A DNA stretch of 19,734 bases from the IMG/VR virus record IMGVR_UViG_3300016480_000004, one strand, 5' to 3'. The position numbers were made by a program, and so were the translations under genes. Under the pieces are notes generated by a model that did not search any database, was not told the origin of the DNA, and was given only the letters and a program-made list of their open reading frames with translations. Position 1 is the stretch's first letter. Each line of letters starts with the position of its first letter. Of this stretch, positions 1 through 9,200 are shown one piece after another. The DNA is from a virus (Duplodnaviria > Heunggongvirae > Uroviricota > Caudoviricetes > Crassvirales).

Positions 1-2
1 AA

Positions 3-1598
3 CAAGCTAAAGAAGCTAATGAAAGAGCACTATCTTCCTTTGAGACAAGAGCTGAAAATATAGACGCACAAAATGACTTTAATATGTTAGCAAACTTCTC
101 TGCTTATGGTGGTCCACTTGAATTTGGTAGTGGTGCAATAGGCTATGAGTTTGGTAATGAATACTTAAATAACCAAAAGATGAGTGCAATTGCTAAACAG
201 AGATTGACCTCTCTTCCTAACTCATTTCAAGCATTACCTGAGATGAATACACATAATGCTTTTGCAGAAGGTGGGGGTATCCATATTAAGGGGAAAAACA
301 GAGGTAAGTTTACTGCACAGAATACAAGAGATTGGAATGCTTTTGGGGGATGGTTGAATACACAAGGTGGAGACTTTACTAATGGAGTTACATTTATTGA
401 TGAAGGAGGTTCTCATGAAGAAAATCCTTATCAAGGAATCCAAATAGGAGTTGACCCAGAAGGTGCTCCTAACTTAGTTGAGGAAGGTGAAGTAGTTTAT
501 GATGATTATGTATTCTCTGATAGAATGGAAATACCTGATGATATAAGAAAGGAATACAAGTTAAGAGGTAAAACCTTCGCTAAGGCTGCTAAATCTGCAC
601 AAAGAGAAAGTGAAGAAAGACCTAATGACCCTATAAGTACTAAAGGATTACAAGCTGCTATGGAAAGAATAGCTACTGCACAAGAGGAAGCAAGGCAAAG
701 AAAGGGAGTCCATAGGAAAGGAAATGAATACCCAAGTATGTTTGCTTATGGAGGTGATACAAACTCCTATGGTTTAGCTTTAGAAGACCCAATGACTGTT
801 GAAGAACTTGAAGCTCTTATGGCTCAATCAGAAGAAACTGGTAAAATAGCTCCAGAAGGTAATAATAATAATAAGAGGCAGACATGGACAAGGTATGCAC
901 CAATTATGGGTTCTGGTTTAGCAAGTCTAACAGATTTATTCAGTAAACCAGATTATGGTAGTGCTGATATAGTAGGTGGAGTAGATTTAGGTGCTGAAGC
1001 AGCAGGATATGCTCCTATTGGAAATTATCTATCTTATAGACCTTTAGATAGAGACTTCTATATCAATAAAATGAATCAACAAGCTGCTGCCACAAGAAGA
1101 GGTTTAATAAATACCTCAGGTGGTAATAGGCTTAATGCTCAGGCTGGAATACTTGCTGCTGATTATAACTATGGTCAAAACATGGGTAATTTAGCAAGAC
1201 AAGCAGAGGAATATAACCAACAGTTGAGAGAGAGAGTTGAGGCATTCAATAGAGGTACTAACATGTTTAATACTGAGACTGGGCTTAAGACTTCAATGTT
1301 TAATGCAGAATCAAGAAATGCAGCTAAGAGAGCAAGATTAGGGCAGGCTACAACTGCTGCTCAATTAAGGCAGGGTATTAAAGACCAAGATGCTGCAAGA
1401 AGAAGTGCTAATATAACTAATTTCTTACAAGGACTAGGTGATATGGGATGGGAAAATGAACAAGCTAACTGGCTTGATACATTAGCTAAATCAGGTGTTC
1501 TTAAGGTGAATACCAAAGGAGAATACACTGGAGGAACTAAGAAAGCTGAAGGTGGTAAAGTAAAAACTAAAAAGAAGAAAGGATTGACTTATGGCTAA
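3..1598 (+). CDS. Virion cargo/ejection-type protein (phiCrAss001 gp45-like by synteny), 5'-truncated at the window edge
   Basis: The frame is open from nt 3 (QAKEANERALSSF...) through the ATG at 84, so the true start lies upstream. It contains GGSHEENP...NLVEEGEVVYDDYVFSDR and KTFAKAAK, which I recognise from crAss virion proteins. It also has repeated A-x-G-G motifs, a Q/A/N/R-rich helical C-terminal half and a Lys-rich tail. Stop is TAA at 1596-1598. Confidence 0.75.
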   Translation, partial: QAKEANERALSSFETRAENIDAQNDFNMLANFSAYGGPLEFGSGAIGYEFGNEYLNNQKMSAIAKQRLTSLPNSFQALPEMNTHNAFAEGGGIHIKGKNRGKFTAQNTRDWNAFGGWLNTQGGDFTNGVTFIDEGGSHEENPYQGIQIGVDPEGAPNLVEEGEVVYDDYVFSDRMEIPDDIRKEYKLRGKTFAKAAKSAQRESEERPNDPISTKGLQAAMERIATAQEEARQRKGVHRKGNEYPSMFAYGGDTNSYGLALEDPMTVEELEALMAQSEETGKIAPEGNNNNKRQTWTRYAPIMGSGLASLTDLFSKPDYGSADIVGGVDLGAEAAGYAPIGNYLSYRPLDRDFYINKMNQQAAATRRGLINTSGGNRLNAQAGILAADYNYGQNMGNLARQAEEYNQQLRERVEAFNRGTNMFNTETGLKTSMFNAESRNAAKRARLGQATTAAQLRQGIKDQDAARRSANITNFLQGLGDMGWENEQANWLDTLAKSGVLKVNTKGEYTGGTKKAEGGKVKTKKKKGLTYG

Positions 1599-3198
1599 TT
1601 TCAGTTTTGTAAGTGGTGCTAAGTTTAGACCATTCTCTTATCAGGAAATGCTTCAACCACTTCAAGCATACACTCAAGAATATAATACTATTCAAGAGGG
1701 TATGGGTGAATTAGGAACTAAAGCAGATGTCTTTGAGAGATTGGCTAATGAACAGACAGACCCACAGGCTTATGCAATGTACAAACAATATTCTAATGAC
1801 TTGGCTGCACAAGCTGAGTCATTAGCTAAACAAGGACTTACTCCTGCAAGTAGGCAAGGATTAATTGATATGAAAAGGAGATACTCTTCTGAGGTTGTTC
1901 CTATAGAACAGGCTTATAAAAGAAGACAAGAGTTAGTAGATGAACAAAGGAAATTACAGGCTCAGGATAGTACACTACTATTTGATAGACCTGCTTCTAC
2001 ACTTTCCTTAGATGAACTAATATCTAACCCAGCTCTATCACCACAATCCTATTCTGGAGCACTATTATCCAAACAAGTGGGTACTGCTTCACAGAATTTA
2101 GCTAAGGAAGTAAGAGAAAACCCAAGAAAGTGGAGAACAATCTTAGGTAATCAATATTATGAAACCATCATGCAGAAGGGATTCAGACCTGAGGAAATCA
2201 TGCAGGCTGTACAGAATAATCCTGAGGCTTCTCCTATACTTCAAGGTATTGTGGAAGATGCAGTAGGAAGTTCTGGTATTAAGAATTGGAATGATGAGAA
2301 TACCCTTAATAGAGCCTATGATTATGCAAGACAAGGTTTGTGGAGTGCAGTAGGGGAAACTCAATATCAAACTACTTCTAATAAGGCTTATGATTATGCA
2401 ATGCAGGAAAGGTTAATTACAGCTAGGAAAGCTAATACAGGAGGAACCCCCTCTGCTGCATTTAGGTCAGTACCTAAGACTAAAGTAAATGGAGACAAGA
2501 AGACTACTGAACTTAATGATGAACTACAGTTCATAAAGCAGTTAAGAGCTAATCCTGAATTAATCAATAAAGAAGAGGAAAGATATACTCAAGGGCATGC
2601 AACTCAGTATGGTAGTGTAGTTGGAGGGGGAGCTTCTTACAAGGTTAAACCGAATGCAGAAAGACTTCAACAGATAATCAAAAAGTATAATATGAAGAGT
2701 GGTAATATAGACCTACTCGAACAGAAGTTAGAAGCTGATATTAGAAGCAGTGCTGTAAGAGACTTTATATATAAACCTAATATAACTCAAAGTGACTTAA
2801 TCACTCAAGTTATAAAAGAGAATGCAAGAACCTTAGGAGCAGCTACAGAATCAACTGGTCTTTATGAACTTGACGATAATAGAAAGGGAGACCCTATTGA
2901 GTTAGAGACTATCTCAGATTACTTCACTGATGACAGTGATATAAGTTATGACCCAGAGGTTGGACTTATAATCAATGCCACTAAGGATGGTAAAACCAAA
3001 TCAGCAGTTATTGACCCTGAGCTAATAGATGATGCAGATAGAAATGTGGCAGGGTATATGAATAATATTAATGTACTTCTTGAGAATGGTTATGATGTAG
3101 AAGCTCAGAAACACATTAACACAATGATGAATTATATCTATGGTAAGTTCAATACACTTGCCAAGAGGCAAAGTAATACAGATTCTAAATTAGAGTAG
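1591..3198 (+). CDS. 535-aa putative virion cargo protein (gp46-like by synteny)
   Basis: The ORF is intact and overlaps the upstream stop by 8 nt (ATGGCTAA), suggesting translational coupling. The N-terminus KFRPFSYQEMLQPLQAY resembles crAss cargo proteins. It is helical, contains no Cys and has no recognisable catalytic motif. Confidence 0.7.
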   Translation: MANFSFVSGAKFRPFSYQEMLQPLQAYTQEYNTIQEGMGELGTKADVFERLANEQTDPQAYAMYKQYSNDLAAQAESLAKQGLTPASRQGLIDMKRRYSSEVVPIEQAYKRRQELVDEQRKLQAQDSTLLFDRPASTLSLDELISNPALSPQSYSGALLSKQVGTASQNLAKEVRENPRKWRTILGNQYYETIMQKGFRPEEIMQAVQNNPEASPILQGIVEDAVGSSGIKNWNDENTLNRAYDYARQGLWSAVGETQYQTTSNKAYDYAMQERLITARKANTGGTPSAAFRSVPKTKVNGDKKTTELNDELQFIKQLRANPELINKEEERYTQGHATQYGSVVGGGASYKVKPNAERLQQIIKKYNMKSGNIDLLEQKLEADIRSSAVRDFIYKPNITQSDLITQVIKENARTLGAATESTGLYELDDNRKGDPIELETISDYFTDDSDISYDPEVGLIINATKDGKTKSAVIDPELIDDADRNVAGYMNNINVLLENGYDVEAQKHINTMMNYIYGKFNTLAKRQSNTDSKLE

Positions 3199-3204
3199 AA
3201 GAAT

Positions 3205-6200
3205 ATGGCAAATAATCAACAAATCCAAGACCCATCTACACAAGGAGTAGGTGGGTTAAAGGGACTTAAAAGTATAGATGCACTAAAGCAAGAAGGACTT
3301 CTTAGAGATGTTCCTCATATTGATAATATAGAGGATTATAAGCAAGTCTCTAATAGTGCCTTACAAAGAGCTGTACCCCAAGAGGTAGGCTTTGTTGGAG
3401 TGGGTGATAGTATGTATGATGAAGGTATCACATCTATGACTCAATTGGACAACTTGGCTAATACAAGAGGTGAGTTGCAACCTTGGTATGCTCAAATAGG
3501 AGCTGGCTTGGCTAAGGGGGCTGTTCTTGCAGGTACTACCTTTGCTGATGGTATTATTGGTACCATAGTAGGTTTAGGTAATGCAGCAGCTACAGGAACA
3601 TTCTCAGGCTTCTGGGATAATCCTTTCTCAAATACAATGCAGCAAGTAAATGAATGGTCAGAGTCAGTTCTGCCTAATTACTATACTGATGCAGAGAAGA
3701 ATGACCCTTGGCATGAGAATATATTCTCAGCTAACTTTATTGGGGACAAGTTCCTTAAGAACTTAGGTTTTGCTGTTGGTGCTGCCTACTCTGGTAAAAT
3801 TAGTGCTGGTGCAACCTCAAAGTTACTTGGTCTTAATAAAGCAAGACAAGCATTCAAAGGTGCAGTTACAGCCTCAGGTGAAGCTCTTAATCCTAATGCA
3901 GCTTTACAGGCTTACAGAGAAGGAGATTTATTCCTTGATGGTGTAAGACTTACTGAGGAATTAGCAAGGGATGCTAAGAAACTTAAGATGGCTGAGCCTA
4001 CTCTTAAACTTACTGGTGCTTTCTCAGGTGCATTAGGTGAAGCAAGAATTGAAGCTATTCAGAATAGTAAAGACTGGTTTGAGCTTCATAAGCAACAACT
4101 TGATGATACACAAGCTAAAATAGCAGCACAGGAGCAAGAAGCTATGCTTAGAGAGTTTCCTCAATTTGCACAGTATCAGATTTCTCCTGATGGAAAGTCT
4201 TTTGAGCAAGTTCTCACTCCAGAAGGACAAGCTATGTTACAAGCAAGAGTAGATGCTAAGTTTGATTACAATGGTGGGCTACAGAAACTATCAGAAGATA
4301 GGGCGAAGATGGGTAATATAGACTTTGCTCTGAATATTCCACTACTTACTGTATCAGATGCTTGGCAGTTTGGTAAGTTCTATGCAGGCGGGTATAATAC
4401 AGCTAAGAAAGGTAGTCAGATACTAAGGACAGTTGCAGAGGATGGTACTATAAGTTACAGTGCAGCTAAACCTTCTGTACTTAGAAATGCTTTAAAGATT
4501 GCAAGTAAGGGTATTGCAGAAGGTCCTTATGAGGAAATGGGGCAAGCTGTTGCAGGTAAAGTTGCAGGATATAAATATGCTTCTGAACTTAATGACTTCT
4601 ATGGAGCCAAGATAGACCCAGATGCAGAAAGTGAAACTATTGACTGGTTACAAGCTACTGCAAAAGCTATGCAACAAACCTATGGTACTGCTGAAGGATG
4701 GGAAGAAGGCTTCATTGGTGGTTTAACTGGTTTAGTAGGTATTCCGGGCTTTAGAAGTACAAGAAATAGTGAGGGTGGTTTCCAATCACCAGTATATCTA
4801 CAAGGAGGTGTTAAGGAGGATATTAAAGAGATAAGAGAAAGAAGTGAAAAGGATGATGCCATTGTAGCCCAACTTAATAATAGAGTACAGTCACCTGAGT
4901 TCCTTAACTATTATCAATCAGCTATCAGACATAATGCTTACCAAAAACAAATGGATGAAGCTGCTGATAACAATGATAACTTTGAGTTTAAGAATGCTGA
5001 ACATAACCAGCTTATTAGTGATGTTATCATGTTTGATAAGGCAGGAAGAATTAATGACCTATATGACATAATTGAGGAAGCTGGTAATATAAGAGAAGAA
5101 GATGTTGAACAAATAAGACAACTTACTACTAATCAGGAAACTGGTACATCAGTGTATGATAATATGACTGATGCAGAAGTAATTGAACAGGTTCAAAAGC
5201 AAACTAAGGAAACTAAGAAAGCTGTAGATAACTATAGAAAGATTAGTCAGGACTTACAAGTTAAGGTTGGGGATTACTTTGATGAGGATGGTCTTGAAGA
5301 AATGACTTATTACTTCTCAAATATTGATAATCTTGAAAATAGGTTTAAATCAATACATGAAGATATAAAGGGTAGACTTCAAGAAGTATTAGATGCTTCT
5401 ATGGATAGAGAGTTTATTAGTGACAGTGATGAAAATAAGATTACTAGGTTATCAGACTTATTAAACTTTTCTCCTGTAAGACTAATTAATGCACTTGCTG
5501 ATTCAAAGGAATCTCAATCTTATATCTCTTTATTAGATAATGCATTACAGACTGACCCTAATAAACAAGATATAATTGATGAAGTTAAGGACCTTCAAAA
5601 GATAGCTGAAAGAAGACTTGATTTCATTGACAAGTATGATACTTATCTTAGAAATCCTCAAGCTCTTGCACAAAAACAAGAGAGACAAAGAGAAAATATT
5701 ATAAAGGAGAATGAAAGACAGGAGATAGCTAAGACTAAGGATGCAGCACTAGCTGCCACTAACCTTAAGGAGTTCAGAGAAGCATTGAATAATGAAGCTG
5801 ATTCATCTAAAAGACAACAGATTCTTGATGAACTTGAGAATGAAGGTAATAAGATGGCTAAGGACTATAAGGAAGTTCAAATGTATAATAGTGAAGTAAG
5901 TAGGGCAATAGATAGTCAACCTATCTCTCCTGAAGCTAAAGCTAATGCAAAAGAACTACTTAGGACTCAACATGAAAATGCTAATAATCTTGAGGAAATG
6001 GCTAATCCTAACTCAGTGTTCATTAATAATCCAGAAAGTCTGTATGATGAAAATCTGCCAGATGATTTGAATATGATGAATTTTGCTGAGGCTCAATATG
6101 GACTTCTATCTGCAATGGGTAAGGTTAATAATGACCAGAGATTCAAAGCAAGATTTCCTGTTGAATACCTAAAGCCAGTTGAGAAAACAGAGGGTACAAG

Positions 6201-9200
6201 AGGTACTACAGCAAAAAACACAACTGGAGATAGTGGTACATCAACAGTTCCACCAGTTAATGCTGGACCAGTTGATACTTATGAACCTCCTGTAGGTAAT
6301 ATTACTTCTCAAATGGTAGCTGAGGAAAATAAGAAAGCCAATGAAAATGTTCCTACTCCTCAATCATTAGATAGGGGTTCAAAGGGTAAGAGGCAGTATT
6401 ATAGACCTACTATTCCTGAATTACATATCAATGCAAGTAAGGATGGAGATTTCAGACCTTTCAATGTAGTGGTTGCTGAAAAAGAGAACTTAAACTTTGA
6501 TGAACTTTATAACTATCTTAGAGATAATAGAGCTTTCAGTTATGTAAATGAGGGTAATCTAAAGGCAGGTGATGAACTTGGCTTCATGATTGACCCTGAA
6601 TTTAATGACCATACAATCTTTATTGTAGATAGGAGAAATAACCAAATAGTGGGTTCATTAGATGAAAGTCAGTACTCAATAGATAGGTATGAAGGTCTTG
6701 CAGATTTAGTGAAGAGAGTGAGAAATGAATACAGAAATGTATCTGGATTACAAAGACCTTCCTATTTTAAAGCAATGCATGAGCAGCTAAAAGATAAAGA
6801 GTCAAGTTGGGAATATTATAGAGATGATATTAATAGGGTATATAATGGAATAGAGTATGTTACAGGTGCATTATATCAATCTGTACTTCATCCTGCTATT
6901 ACCTTAGCAGTAGATAGTGGAGTCTTACCCAGAAAATATAAAAAATATTTAAATAGAACCAAAGATGATGCTATTGAAAAAGAAGACTTAGAAGAGATTA
7001 TAGCCGAATTAAAAAAATTAGGAATAAATACTCCTAAAAAACTATTAGAATATGTAACTCAAAATAGTGAGGATAAAATAGATGGATTTATAGCTACTCC
7101 TACTTCAAAAGATATTTCAAATTACCAGGAATTAAAGAATGGTGATATTGTTCATATAACAGGATTTAATGATAGGCTGCCTGATGGTTCTATTAAAACA
7201 GAAAGAACATTCAAGGTACAGGGAATTGGAGAAAGAAGTGCTAATCTTACAGCAATAGATGCTGAGTCAGATATAGGTCTTACTAATAACTATATTAATA
7301 ACTTAAAAGAACAAGGAAGAAGAGTTTATGTTTCATCTTCAAGTACTAAAAGTAACAGATTCATAGCTACTCCTACTACTAGAGTATCTCAGATAATGGT
7401 TGGTAGAATACCTTATGGTACAGAAGAAAGAAACATGGGAGAAATACCTAATGTAAGTGCAAGTTCTATCTTTGGTATTGTAAAGAATGGTGTCCTATCT
7501 ACTAATGGTAGAATCAGTGATGATTTGATTACCAAGCCAATGGATATGAGCCAAAAGGAAGGTAGGATGTATATCCTTATTCCTAATGCTGCTGGTAAAT
7601 ATAGTCCTGCTGCTGTAAGGGTTAAGCACTTCAATGAAAGTGAATATAATCCAGAGGATGTTACTATTAATTCAACTCCTTTATACAAGAATATAAAGAA
7701 GAGTATTGATGCTTTAGCTAATGCCTTTACAGAGGAGGATGTTAATAATGCAGTAAAAGACTTGGCAAGAAGTCTGTATATTGGTGATGTTCATATTGAC
7801 TATATACAAGGTAAGAATGGTAATGGTATTAGGTTTACCAAGGTTCAGAGAGATGCCAATAAGAATGAAATCTATGATGAAATAGATGGTAAGAGAGTTA
7901 GAAGAGAAGATGCAAGAACTGTGTTCTTAACTGAAAGATGGGACCCTAATGTTATCTATGAATTAGGTGGAGAGGGTGTTAAAACTCAACCTGATACAAG
8001 AGATTCACAGGAAGTAGCCAGTGAAATACAAAACATTTTAATGGCATTCAATCTTCCATTACAGGTGAATTTAGGTATGCTTAATAAGGGAGGCTACAAT
8101 AACATGTTACTCTCTTCTGGAGTAATGACATCCAATATAGTAGATGCTAGTGTAAAAAGTAATTGGTTTACAACAGATTACTTTGATATACAAGGTAACT
8201 TACAACAAGCCCTAAACCCTGCATCAGTTAAGGCTGAGGAAGGTAGAAAGATACAAACTCCTGTAGGAGGTACAGAGGGAGCTATTGCAGGAACTACAGT
8301 TTCATTTGATAATACTACATACTATGTAGATTTGACTTCAAACACTGTAAGAGATAATAATGGCAGAACTCTTAATTCTTTCCCAGAGTCTATTCTTGAT
8401 ATGGCTTATATACAAGAAAACTATGGAGATGCTCAGAATGGTTCTATGATGATGGGGGGTATAACCCTTCTTCCTAATGGTAAGGTTCTGAACAGAAATA
8501 CAGGTCAGTATGTGACTGGTACTGAATCAGATAAATTCAAACAGAAATTAGCTGGTAGAAAGAAGACTGTAGCTGACTCTAAGAAAGTTATAGACCAGAT
8601 TGCAGAGAATCAAGCTAAGGTTGATAAGACAAGAACTGATGGTGAGTTCTATTATATACTTGAGGATGATGGTAAATACCACGAATATAAGAGGGTACAT
8701 TCAGTATTAGGAAGTAATTGGGTTGAGTCTCCTAAACAGACTAAAGCTCTACAGGATTTAAGAGTTAATCTCTCAAAGAATGCAGATAATATAACACAGT
8801 TCAATAACTATCTTAAGAACTTAAGTAATCATTATGGTGTAGACCTAACAGCCTTTGAGGGTAAGATAGATGCAAGAAGTAGAGATACTATTGTGAATAT
8901 AGTAAGAGATAAGATGTCTGGAACTAACTCACAAAGAGCATTAGAAGCAGGTACTTCTGTAGATAGTGTAATCAGGAACTTCTTCACATCAAGTGAAATG
9001 CCAGTTAAACCAAGTAATATGTCTGAACAGGCATTCAATGATTTGGTTACTTCTCTTACTGAAATTAAGAGTAATATTGAAGCAAGAGGTGAGACATTCC
9101 TTACTAATAATATAGTACTCTTTAATAAGTATAAGAATGGAAACAGAGTAGCTGGTGAGGTAGATATTCTCTCTGTAGATGCTAATGGAAACTTCAAGAT

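Noticed and set aside
84-86. ATG start assigned to the first ORF
   Set aside because: There are 27 upstream in-frame sense codons to the window edge, so the gene is probably 5'-truncated.
861-1236. (AAT)4 at 861-872 and a (GA)n run at about 1226-1236
   Set aside because: They are short and explained by coding (NNNN; LRER), with no evidence of phase variation.
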